From positions 1,248,001 through 1,312,000 of the forward strand of contig CBDHDG010000007.1 in NCBI GenBank assembly GCA_965261595.1: 64,000 bases of DNA. The letters run 5' to 3'. Position numbers and translations under genes: made by a program. Positions 21,050-31,339 of this stretch are shown here, in pieces (the stretch's first letter is position 1; each line of letters opens with the position of its first letter). This DNA comes from a bacterium (GTDB taxonomy: Bacteria; UBA8248; JACPRG01; G963555815). The notes under the pieces are model-generated. The model had not been told where the DNA came from. It did not search any database and saw only the letters and a list, made by a program, of their open reading frames with translations.

Positions 21050-21355
21050 CCTGGGGGGCTTCTTGTAAGACGCCCCCCAGGTCCCCTTAGAACTTTCTGC
21101 GGCCGGGGCTTCGGCCCGGCCTTGTCTGGGTTGGGTGTAGGCTTGGCTGAGGTGGTTGAGTTCGGCCTTCCGACGGCTTTCATTTTGGCCGGATGCTCGT
21201 CTGCCGCTGGCAGCCGCAGCATCCGGCCAGGGCGCCAGTTTCTTGCGAAAGAGGGCGGCCCAGAGGGCCGCCCTCTTTCGCCAAATGAAAGTTTTTCAGG
21301 GGTTCCCAACCCCTGGGAGGGGTCCAGGGGGCGGTTTTTCAAAAAAGCCCCCTGG
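21050..21355. repeat. GC-stem palindromic repeats (also 19598-19624); possible terminators
   Basis: CCTGGGGGGC-N12-GCCCCCCAGG at 21050; CCAGGGGGCGG-TTTTTCAAAAAA-GCCCCCTGG at 21324; related GGGGCGCG-TTTTTCAAAAAA-CCCCCC at 19598. Confidence 0.55.
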
Positions 21356-21366
21356 GACTTTGGGTT

Positions 21367-21942
21367 TTACTGCCTTCTCCCGTTCCAGCCGAGCTTCCAG
21401 TTTTTCAGGTCGTTGGTCGTGTTCCAGCGGCCTTGAAAGCTGCGGCCGTCTTCCGAGAGCTCGAACAGGAACTCGCCCACCTCGTCCGGAGACGACCAGG
21501 TCCCCTTCAACACGTTTCCTTCCAGTGTGCCATCGATGACATAGCTCGGGTCCAGTCGGTGCAAGCCCCGGACGCGCCGGCCCGTTTGGACAAGGCGCAT
21601 TGTGTAGACGGGTTTCTCCCCCTGCCGCCAGTTGATCCACTTCCCGCTCACGTTGAGGGTGACGGCCTTGGCCCTGGGCGGGGCGGGGGTTCGGGACTCC
21701 GGCCGGCCGGGAAATTTCCCCCGCAACGGCGATGGCGTTTTCGGGAGGAGGATGTTCAGGACGCGCCACCACTCCTGGTCGAGGAGAATCGTCTGCCGCG
21801 TTCCGTCGCGGTACTCGATGACGAGCTTTCGGGCCTCATCGGGCGCGCGTGATCCGTCCTGGGCGCCGGCGTTGAGCGTGAGCGCCATCAGGCAGAGCAT
21901 CCCGGCGGACGCCGAAGCGAGTGTTTTCAAGGCCGTGTTCAC
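21367..21942 (-). CDS. secreted hypothetical protein
   Basis: GTG start just after the upstream gene, signal-like segment, C-terminal beta-rich domain (VSGKW..IDGTLEGNVLKGTW..FQGRW). Confidence 0.6.
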   Translation of the reverse strand: MNTALKTLASASAGMLCLMALTLNAGAQDGSRAPDEARKLVIEYRDGTRQTILLDQEWWRVLNILLPKTPSPLRGKFPGRPESRTPAPPRAKAVTLNVSGKWINWRQGEKPVYTMRLVQTGRRVRGLHRLDPSYVIDGTLEGNVLKGTWSSPDEVGEFLFELSEDGRSFQGRWNTTNDLKNWKLGWNGRRQ

Positions 21943-21952
21943 GGGAAATTCA

Positions 21953-22792
21953 TCACTGGACGGTGTATCCCCACCACTGGAGGGCGAAGGCGGCGGCGCT
22001 GATGAAGGCGGCGTAGATCCCGGGCCCCCGTCTTCCCATGCCGGCCGCGATGATGCCGGCCGCGACACCGGCTGGGCCGAACCAGGGGAAATAGTGGTCC
22101 GAAGCGAAGCACAACAGTCCCAGGCCGAGCGCGGTCTTGACGACGATCGCGGACCCGCGGGACTTCTCGTCTTTCGCTCTGGTGATGGGCTCGACAAAGA
22201 TCCAGAGCGAGAGCGCGAGGGCGATGGACCCTTTGATCGTCCCTGTGCCGGGCAGAAAGATCGGCCACCCCGTCAGACCGGTGGCAAGGATGGCTATCGC
22301 CACGGCCACCGCCGCAACGCCCAGCCAGACGACCTGTTTTTTCAGGCGCTCAGGATCGCCGGACAGCGAGCGGAAGGGGCCTGTTTTGATCACGTCATCC
22401 CGCGGCTTTTCGGGCGGGCCCCGCCGATCGGGTTCGGCGGATTCCGGACCCGGGTCAGCGCCGCCTTCCACCGATCCCGCTGAAGCGGGGGGGGGGGATT
22501 CTTCCATTCCCGGGGCAATCACCGGGGTTCTGAGCGCCCGCCATCTGCCGATGGCGAGCCAGAGGCCGTACAGGTCGACGAACGTCAGAACCGCGATGAA
22601 GGCGGAGAACGACAGGTTGAACGCGAGGGGCCGGTCCGTCGCCCGAAGGCTGAAGTAGCCCACCAACACCATCCACAGAAGCCAGCCGACAATGGTGAGA
22701 TAGAGTTGAAGGGCTTGCGCCATCGTCATCCCGGGACGCTTTTGGATGGGCGGTCTCATTTTGGACAGGGCGCCGAGGTCTTTGGAGTTCAT
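21953..22792 (-). CDS. integral membrane hypothetical protein
   Basis: About 6 hydrophobic segments; overlaps the rhodanese stop (ATGA). Confidence 0.7.
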   Translation of the reverse strand: MNSKDLGALSKMRPPIQKRPGMTMAQALQLYLTIVGWLLWMVLVGYFSLRATDRPLAFNLSFSAFIAVLTFVDLYGLWLAIGRWRALRTPVIAPGMEESPPPASAGSVEGGADPGPESAEPDRRGPPEKPRDDVIKTGPFRSLSGDPERLKKQVVWLGVAAVAVAIAILATGLTGWPIFLPGTGTIKGSIALALSLWIFVEPITRAKDEKSRGSAIVVKTALGLGLLCFASDHYFPWFGPAGVAAGIIAAGMGRRGPGIYAAFISAAAFALQWWGYTVQ

Positions 22793-23130
22793 GCGTTCCC
22801 AAATTTTTCAGGAGGCGTGGGGGGGGGGGGAGGGGGGGGCCAAGCCGTCAGGCCGCCCGCCAGGCTGCGCACGTTTTCAAAATCCCGCCCGCGGAGAAAT
22901 TCGGCCACTGAGGCGCTCCGCTGTCCCCGGGCGCAGCAGACGACAATCTCCGCCTCCGGGTCGAGCTCGTGCGTGCGTCCGGGGAGGTCCCCCATGGGGA
23001 TGTGCACGGCGCCCGGCGGGCCGGGCGAGCGGACCGATTCCTCGGTTTCGCGGACGTCCAGCAGAAGGATTTCCTCGCCGGCGTCGAGCTTCGCCCGCAG
23101 GTCCTCCGCGCTGATCTCGACCGGCGCCAT
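22789..23130 (-). CDS. rhodanese-like sulfurtransferase
   Basis: LLDVRE, GAVHIP, CARGQRS active loop, SLAGGLTAW. Confidence 0.9.
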   Translation of the reverse strand: MAPVEISAEDLRAKLDAGEEILLLDVRETEESVRSPGPPGAVHIPMGDLPGRTHELDPEAEIVVCCARGQRSASVAEFLRGRDFENVRSLAGGLTAWPPPPPPPTPPEKFGNA

Positions 23131-23133
23131 TTG

Positions 23134-24036
23134 TCAATCCGCCTTCAATTGGGGCCAGAGGGCCTTTGCCACGCAATCGATGGGACGGACCGACCGGGCC
23201 TTCGGCAGGTCGCCCGACATTCCGTCCAGGATGACTTGGACGCCCTCCAGGGAGGGGACCGGCGGGTCCGGGATGTGCTCCGCCCAGAAGGCGTACGTGG
23301 CCTCCAGGTTCTCTTCGCCGCCCATGCTGGGCAGGTTCTCGCGCAGGACGCGCCGGGCCAGGTCCGGGTCGGATTTGAACCGCCGGACACCCACGGTGTA
23401 CGCGCGGAGGAATCGGCCGGCCAGCTCCGTTTTCTCCGCCGCGAACGATTTCAGCGCAAAGCCGACGCCGCCCTGATAGGTCATGCCCCGGCCGTCCCAG
23501 ATGAGGTGATGGCCCGCTTTGACGGCCCGGTCGCTGAAAGGCAGCGGCAGGATGGCCGCCTCCACCTCGCCCGCGAGGAGGCCCTCGCAGGCGGCCTGGA
23601 AGCCGTCCCAGTAGGGGACCCGCTCGGGGTCTCCGGCTTCACCTGTCAGGCCCCACTCGGCGAAGAGGAGGTCGAGGGTGAAGTCCGCGTTCCCCTTGAG
23701 GCTGAACCCGCCGATCCTGCGGCCCTTGAGGTCCCGGGGAGACTCGATGCCCGGTTGGGCGACGATGCTCAGGTGGTTGAAGCCGTTCAGGTTGAGGACG
23801 ATCTCGGCGTCCTTGCCCTCGACGGCGGCCCGGACGACGGGGTATCCGCCGAACAATCCCACGTCCACCTCGCCGTCCACGACGACCGCCAGTGTGCGCA
23901 CGGCGGGCGGCTCGAACGTGATCACCGTGTCGAGGCCCTCTTCCCGGAAGAGCCCGGCTTCCCGGCAGAGCCAGGGGATGCACTGGTTCGCCGAAAGCGC
24001 GCCCAGACCGATTCGGATCGTTTCAAGGTTTGCCAT
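23134..24036 (-). CDS. ABC transporter substrate-binding protein (NMT1/SsuA-like)
   Basis: EAGLFREEGLD, DLKGRRIG, RFLRAY; no clear signal peptide. Confidence 0.8.
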   Translation of the reverse strand: MANLETIRIGLGALSANQCIPWLCREAGLFREEGLDTVITFEPPAVRTLAVVVDGEVDVGLFGGYPVVRAAVEGKDAEIVLNLNGFNHLSIVAQPGIESPRDLKGRRIGGFSLKGNADFTLDLLFAEWGLTGEAGDPERVPYWDGFQAACEGLLAGEVEAAILPLPFSDRAVKAGHHLIWDGRGMTYQGGVGFALKSFAAEKTELAGRFLRAYTVGVRRFKSDPDLARRVLRENLPSMGGEENLEATYAFWAEHIPDPPVPSLEGVQVILDGMSGDLPKARSVRPIDCVAKALWPQLKAD

Positions 24037-24277
24037 CCGTCGTTCCCGGAGACCGCCGAAATCCCTTTGCCCGCGAATGTGTAAGCGTATCAGGAGAAGG
24101 TTTCAAAGCAAAGACGGTTATGGATGAGGGAGGGCGCGACAATTCCCTAAGGACGCTCTAGGGGACAGGCTTCAGGTGGCCGATTGGAAGCTAGGGGATC
24201 TGTCCGCCGTCTTCTCTGTGGGGGCCGTCGATTACAAGCTCTGTAGTCAATGGATACGCTGCTAAAATTCAGTCTGC

Positions 24278-26653
24278 CTAGTGTCGCGTCCCGGAAATAC
24301 ATTTACAAAGTCGTCCGAGTTTCTCGAAGATCGAATCGGCCGTGGCGACCCACCTAAACGGAGTTCCCCCGCTCTAGGGTTTTGTTGGACACTCGATTGA
24401 TCCATGATTCATGGAGAAAGGGGTGTCGTGATGAACGAACAAAAGCAAGAGGGGGCTTTGGCGGAGGGCGCCCGTAGGGCGAACGGAGCCAAGGCCCCAG
24501 GGCATCGCAGTGAGCGGGGTCGGTTCTCCTGCCAGCGCAAGCGGGAGGCGGTCCTGCGTCTTTTGCGGGGCGAGAGCCTGGAGACGCTCTGCCGCGAGTT
24601 GGGCACGACAGCGGCTCGGCTTTCCGCCTGGCGCGAGGCGTTCCTTCGCGGGGGCGAGGCGGCGCTCAAAGCCCGCCCGGCGGATGAGCGGGACGAGGAG
24701 AACGCCCGGCTCAAGGCCAAGGTGGGCGAACTCACGATGGAGGGCGAGGTCCTGCGGGAGAAGATCGACCGCCTGGAGGCCGGCCGCCCTTTAGCCGGCA
24801 GGAGGTGGAGGCGATGAGTCAGGCCCGCTTCACCTCCACGGGCAGAGCCTACGGCCTGAAGCGGGTGTGCGCCCTTTGGGGCTTGGCGCGCTCCACGGTC
24901 TACGCGCAACGGCGGCGAGAGGCGGTCCCCGTTCATGAACGCCCCACGCCCAATAAGCGCGGCCCTGTGGGCCCGTGCACCGATGCGGAACTCCTCGGCC
25001 ACATCCGGCAGGTCCTGGAGGACTCTCCCTTCCATGGCGAGGGCTACCGCAAGGTGTGGGCGAGGCTGCGCTTCGCGGGCATCCGCACCAGCAAGGAGCG
25101 GGTGCGTCGCCTGATGCGGGAGGCGGGGCTTCAGGCCCCTCACCGGGTGGGCAAACCCCGAGGTCCCAAGGCCCACAACGGGACCATCCGCACCGAGCGG
25201 CCCGACCGAATGTGGGGCACGGACATGACGACGACGGTGACCACCGAGGAGGGGATGGCCTCGGTGTTCGTGGCGGTGGATCACTGCTCGGTGGACTGCG
25301 TGGGGATCCATGCGGCCAAGAGCGGCAACCGCTTCGAGGCCCTGGAGCCGATCCGGCAGGGGGTCGCCGAGCGCTTCGCCGGCTTGGAGGCGGACGTCGC
25401 CGAGGGGCTTAAAGTTCGTCACGACCACGGCCCCGCCTATCTGTCCGATGACTTTCAGCGGGAGATCGCCTACCTGGGCATGACCAGTTCGCCCAGCTTC
25501 GTGCGGGCGCCCGAGGGAAATGGCTACTGTGAGTGGTTCATCCGCATCTTGAAGGAGAATCTCCTGTGGGTGCGCTCTTTCGCCACCGTAGAGGAACTGC
25601 GGTGGGCGCTGCTTGAGTTCAAGAACCTGTACAACCATCATTGGATTCTCGAGGGCTACGGCTACCGAACGCCGGCCCAGGCAAGGCAGGAAAAACTCGC
25701 TCAAGTTGCGGAGGCCGCATGAGGTCGAATACCCTCACCCGAGTGTCCAATAACCCAGGGGCGGTCCAGAGTGGCTTTCGCATTGTACTGTTGGACAAAC
25801 GCTTCAATGTTGTCAACCAAGTCCTTCACACTCCGAAACGTCCCGCGGCGGATGACCCGTTGGGTGATGAGGTCAAACCAAATCTCCACCTGATTCAGCC
25901 ACGAGGCGTAGGTGGGCGTGTAGTGCACATGATAGCGCGGGCGCGCCGCCAGCCACGCTCGCACCTTGGCGTGCTTGTGCGTGGCGTAGTTGTCCACAAT
26001 GAGGTGGAGCGCTAAATCCGCAGGGACGTTGGCGTCGATGTGGCGCAGGAACGCAAGGAATTCCTGGTGACGATGACGGCGTTTGCATTGCCCGAGCACC
26101 TCTCCGGTGGCGATGTCCAGCGCCACGAACAGCGTCGTGATGCCGTTGCGAACATAGTCGTGCGTCACGCCCTCGACATAGCCCAGACCCAGGGGCAAAA
26201 GGGGCTGGGTGCGGTCCAGGGCCTGGATCTGGCTTTTTTCGTCCACGCACAAGACCAGCGCCTTGTCGGGCGGATTGAGGTAGAGCCTCACGATGTCGCG
26301 GACCTTCTCGACAAAGAAGGGGTCGGTGGAGAGCTTGAAATGCTTTTGGCGATGGGGCTGAAGGGCGAAGGCCCGCCAGATGCGATTGACCGTGGATTTG
26401 GAAAGGCCAGTCGCCTCGGCCAGGGTGCGGCAGCTCCAATGGGTGCCGTCGGGCGGCTTGGTCTTCAGGGTCTTTCGGTCCGCCTCGGCGACCCGTTCAT
26501 CGGAGATCGAGCGCGGGCGGCCAGGAGCACAATCCGCGCCCGCCTCACCAGGCCGTGAGGGAAGGGGCGGGAGGCGCCCAGGGCCTGAAGTTGTTCGCGC
26601 TGTCCGTCCGTCAGGTCCACCGGGGGCATGGGTCGTCCGAGTCGCATGGGCAT
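24278..26653 (-). mobile_element. IS630-family transposase pseudogene interrupted by IS3-like copy 2
   Basis: THWSCR, VDEKSQIQAL, IVDNYATH, SWLNQVE; C-terminus TPFRWVATADSIFEK..GTRH* resumes at 24364-24278. Confidence 0.9.
24365..25768 (+). mobile_element. IS3-like element copy 2
   Basis: Near-identical to copy 1; TSD GAGT. Confidence 0.95.
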
Positions 26654-26693
26654 CCTCCTTTCGAGGGGAAGATACCAGATTGGGCCGTATACT

Positions 26694-27617
26694 TAAATAA
26701 CTTATGGGAATTATAAAGGTTTTGACACTAATTGAGTGAGATGTTGGACCACCAGGGGAAAGAGATCCTGGTGTCGGTGATTGTAACGGAATTCCATCTC
26801 CTTCAGGTAGAGGGGGAACCGCTCTTTGGACACCCCATGATGTTTGATGAGCCTCTCCTTGGCGTAGGCCCAAAAGCCTTCCAGGCCGTTGATGTGCACT
26901 TTGCCCCGACTGAAGCGCCGATCATGATCCACCCGCAAGTGGCGATAGCCGCAGAACATCAGGGCGTCATAGACCCGGTAGCGGTCGGTGTAGACCACGC
27001 TGCCCCGACGGACCAACTTCACGGTGGAGGCCAAAAGGGTCTGGGCCTTGACGTTGCCGACCGCCTCCACCTTCACCCGGCCGCCCCGCTCCAATATGCC
27101 GAAAACAGGGACTTTACCCGCTGCGCCTCGGCCTCTCTTGCCCTTGCGCTTGCCCCCGAAGTAGGCCTCGTCCGCCTCCACCTCCCCTCGAAGAAGCTCC
27201 TGTCCCCCCGGCGTGCCGGCCACAAGACTGCGCCTGAGCGTCGTCACGGCCCGCAGCGCTGTCGGATAGCTCACGGCGAGTTGCTGGGCCATCTTGCGGG
27301 CCGAGACCTCCAGCTCAAAGAGCTTCACCACCCAAAGCCACTGCCGGGCCGAGAGGCGAAGTTGGCCCAGCCAGCGGCCCGTGAACGGCCCGAAGGTGTA
27401 CCGACACCCAGCGCAGCGAAAGCGCCCCCGCGTGCCCAAAACGTAGCGTTTTCGACCCTCACAACGAGGGCAGATTTTACGCCCGTTTTTCTGACACGCC
27501 ATGAGCAGATGGCGTCTCGCTGTAGCTTCCGATTTTACAAGGACTTCAAAGCTCTTCAGGTCCACGACACCAGCCTAATCCGGTGTCATATCTTTTACAA
27601 TCGCCTAACTTATTTAA
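26694..27617 (-). mobile_element. IS1595-family element (transposase 26711-27565)
   Basis: Zn ribbon CPRC..CAGC, EVEADEAYFGG, VYTD, HINGLEGFW, YLKEMEFRYN; imperfect IR TAAATAA(C/G)TTA at both ends. Confidence 0.9.
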
Positions 27618-30600
27618 CCCGCATTTCCCATATGGATGATAATTTTTAACGCCCCGAAGGCCGTTTTCTCGTGTAAAATCAAGGTGTTGGCCTCTCCCTG
27701 CCATCATCTTGCGAGGGGACCCAATGGGTGAAGCGAAAAAGAGGCCGTTGAGGCTCCAATTCGACGGTCGGCTCAGGCTGGAGTTTCACGGAGCAAAGGT
27801 TACGAGTGACGCCGGTTTGCTTGCCTATCGTGAACTGGATGAGGTGTTGGGGCTGACGAAGGCGGCCGAGGGGTTTCTGTCCGATTCACGGACGGGCGGG
27901 AACACCCGGCACAGCCTCACCGCTTTGGTGCGCCAGTCGGTCTACAGCCGCCTGGCAGGATATAAAGACACCAATGATGCCGAGCGGCTCTGTGTCGATC
28001 CCGCCATGCGTCAGGTGGTTGGGGGGCGAGCGAAGTATCACACCGCTGCCTCCACCAGCCAGATGAGCCGATTCGAGACGCAGACCCTCACCCGGCCCCT
28101 TAACCCCTCAAGGCGCTGAGCGGTCTGCCCGGTGTGTTGGTGGATCGTGTCCGCAAACGCAAGCCGATTCGCAAGCTGATCCTGGACATGGACAGTTCGG
28201 TCAGCCCGACCCACGGTGAGCAGGAAAGCTCTTCTGGACCGCCCCTGGGTTATTGGACACTCGGGTGAGGGTATTCGACCTCATGCGGCCTCCGCAACTT
28301 GAGCGAGTTTTTCCTGCCTTGCCTGGGCCGGCGTTCGGTAGCCGTAGCCCTCGAGAATCCAATGATGGTTGTACAGGTTCTTGAACTCAAGCAGCGCCCA
28401 CCGCAGTTCCTCTACGGTGGCGAAAGAGCGCACCCACAGGAGATTCTCCTTCAAGGTGCGGATGAACCACTCACAGTAGCCATTTCCCTCGGGCGCCCGC
28501 ACGAAGCTGGGCGAACTGGTCATGCCCCCAGGTAGGCGATCTCCCGCTGAAAGTCATCGGACAGATAGGCGGGGCCGTGGTCGTGACGAACTTTAAGCCC
28601 CTCGGCGACGTCCGCCTCCAAGCCGGCGAAGCGCTCGGCGACCCCCTGCCGGATCGGCTCCAGGGCCTCGAAGCGGTTGCCGCTCTTGGCCGCATGGATC
28701 CCCACGCAGTCCACCGAGCAGTGATCCACCGCCACGAACACCGAGGCCATCCCCTCCTCGGTGGTCACCGTCGCCGTCATGTCCGTACCCCACATTCGGT
28801 CGGGCCGCTCGGTGCGGATGGTCCCGTTGTGGGCCTTGGGACCTCGGGGTTTGCCCACCCGGTGGGGGGCCTGAAGCCCCGCCTCCCGCATCAGGCGACG
28901 CATCCGCTCCTTGCTGGTGCGGCTGCCCGCGAAGCGCAGCCTCGCCCACACCTTGCGGTAGCCCTCGCCATGGAAGGGAGAGTCCTCCAGGACCTGCCGG
29001 ATGTGGCCGAGGAGTTCCGCATCGGTGCACGGGCCCACAGGGCCGCGCTTATTGGGCGTGGGGCGTTCATGAACGGGGACCGCCTCTCGCCGCCGTTGCG
29101 CGTAGACCGTGGAGCGCGCCAAGCCCCAAAGGGCGCACACCCGCTTCAGGCCGTAGGCTCTGCCCGTGGAGGTGAAGCGGGCCTGACTCATCGCCTCCAC
29201 CTCCTGCCGGCTAAAGGGCGGCCGGCCTCCAGGCGGTCGATCTTCTCCCGCAGGACCTCGCCCTCCATCGTGAGTTCGCCCACCTTGGCCTTGAGCCGGG
29301 CGTTCTCCTCGTCCCGCTCATCCGCCGGGCGGGCTTTGAGCGCCGCCTCGCCCCCGCGAAGGAACGCCTCGCGCCAGGCGGAAAGCCGAGCCGCTGTCGT
29401 GCCCAACTCGCGGCAGAGCGTCTCCAGGCTCTCGCCCCGCAAAAGACGCAGGACCGCCTCCCGCTTGCGCTGGCAGGAGAACCGACCCCGCTCACTGCGA
29501 TGCCCTGGGGCCTTGGCTCCGTTCGCCCTGCGGGCGCCCTCCGCCAAAGCCCCCTCTTGCTTTTGTTCGTTCATCGCGACACCCCTTTCTCCATGAATCA
29601 TGGATCAATCGAGTGTCCAACAAAACCCTAGAGCGGGGGACTTCCTACAACGGCCACTTCGGCTGCACCTGCTATCACCCACTGTTTTGCTTCAACCAGT
29701 TTGGCGATCTGGAGCGGGCGCTGTTGCGCAACGGCAAGGTCCACAGCGCTGATGACTGGTGGTCTGTATTGGAGCCGGTGGTAGCTCGCTACCGGGATGC
29801 GAAGGTCTGTCGGTTTTTTCGAGGCGACGCGGCATTTGCCAAGCCGGAGGTGTACCGATACCTTGAGGCGGAGGGCTACTCCTATGCGATTCGGCTTCCG
29901 GCCAACGCCATCTTGTACAGGGACATCGAATGCCTTCTGACCCGGCCGGTTGGCCGACCGCCCAAAAGGCCCATTATCTTCTACCACAGCGTCTCCTATC
30001 AGGCGGCTAGTTGGGAGAAGCCTCGCCGGGTGGTGGTGGCGGTCGAGTGGCACCAGGGCGAGTTGTTTCCAAGAGTCAGCTTCATCGTGACCAACCTGCA
30101 CTGGCGGGAAGAGAACGTCGTGAGGTTCTACAACCAGCGTGGGACGGCGGAGCAGTGGATCAAGGAGGGCAAGTACGCCCTGAACTGGACGCGCCTGTCC
30201 TGCCACGGCTTTGAAGAGAACCAGGTCCGCTTGCAACTATTTGCCTTGGCGTACAACCTGGCAAACTTCCTGCGGCGGCTGGCGTTGCCCAGAGCGGTGA
30301 AGCACTGGTCGCTGACGACGTTACGCGAGAAGCTGATTAAGATTGGGGCCAAGGTGGTCACCCACGCCCGGCACACCACCTTCCAGATGGCCGAGGTGGC
30401 CGTGCCGCGTCAACTGTTCAGGGCAATCCTTGAACGAATTCGACGGTTGTGGTTACCGCCTCCCGTACCAGATACCGGATGACGGAGCAGATGGCCCGGA
30501 AGCTTAGTGACGTGGTGGAGACGGGGGATCAGTCTGTGCCGAACTCCCCTGAGTGTGCCGGTAGAGCTGGGTTTTCAAGGGATTGCGGCTTTAGGACGGC

Positions 30601-30722
30601 CGTTGCCCCTCGATTGAGCAGAGGGTTCTGCAAAGAGACCCTGAATCTGTAGTAAAATGGGGTACTTTGATGACACAGGAGGACCGCAGGATGGCTAAGA
30701 GTGGTCATCTGGGAAATCCCGG
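27618..30722 (+). mobile_element. IS1380-family element (diverged), frameshifted and interrupted by IS3-like copy 3
   Basis: IRs CCCGCATTTCCCA / TGGGAAATCCCGG; 5-bp TSD TTTAA (27613-27617, 30723-30727). Confidence 0.92.
28235..29640 (-). mobile_element. IS3-like element copy 3 (orfB frameshifted, +2 nt)
   Basis: 1406 bp versus 1404; extra CC at ~28525; TSD CTTC. Confidence 0.95.
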
Positions 30723-30744
30723 TTTAAATCAAGACAACTCTTGT

Positions 30745-31331
30745 ATTGACCACCCGTTGCTCTTTAACTCAATTAGAGCCCTCTTTACCGGGGCTGTCAA
30801 CACCATTTCGGGCGCCTGAAACCCTGATCGGAGCGGTATCCGCCATTGGAAAACCATGTCAGCGCCGGCGTGTAAACGGGCTTGACCACCAGGTTTGGAG
30901 TCTTCGTCATTTTGCCCTTGTGTGGACTCCGCTTAGGGTCGCTAGACAGGCACCGGGCATCATCGCTTGATTCTCTCCAAGATAAGGGCAAATGTCTTCC
31001 TGGATACACCGACCTCGGCCAACTGGAAGGTGATGTGGCGGGCGTACCGCACGAGCCGGCCGCCCATTTTGAGGAGCTTAAGCTGAAGGCCGCGTAACGA
31101 CCAGTGCTTGATCCCTCTCGGCAGGCCAGCAATCCCGCATCCGAAGTCATTCTGGTTCCGTGAAACTCAAGCCTCAGCCGACGCTCAAAACGGACCTTCA
31201 ACGCCCACTTTTTCGCTTCACCCATTGGATTACCCCGCGAGAGGATGGCTCGGGGAGGCTCATGCATTGATTTTACTCCAGAAAATGTCCTCCGGTCCGA
31301 CAAAAGTTATGATCCATATGGGATATCTGGG
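30745..31331 (-). mobile_element. internally deleted IS1380-family remnant
   Basis: [17 protein letters not shown] joined directly to C-terminal remnant; end CCATATGGGATATCTGGG. Confidence 0.75.
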
Positions 31332-31339
31332 TTTAAAGG

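Noticed and set aside
25701..26873. Intact 390-aa IS630 transposase
   Set aside because: N-terminus derives from the IS1595 region and C-terminus from the inserted IS; the true gene is frameshifted and interrupted
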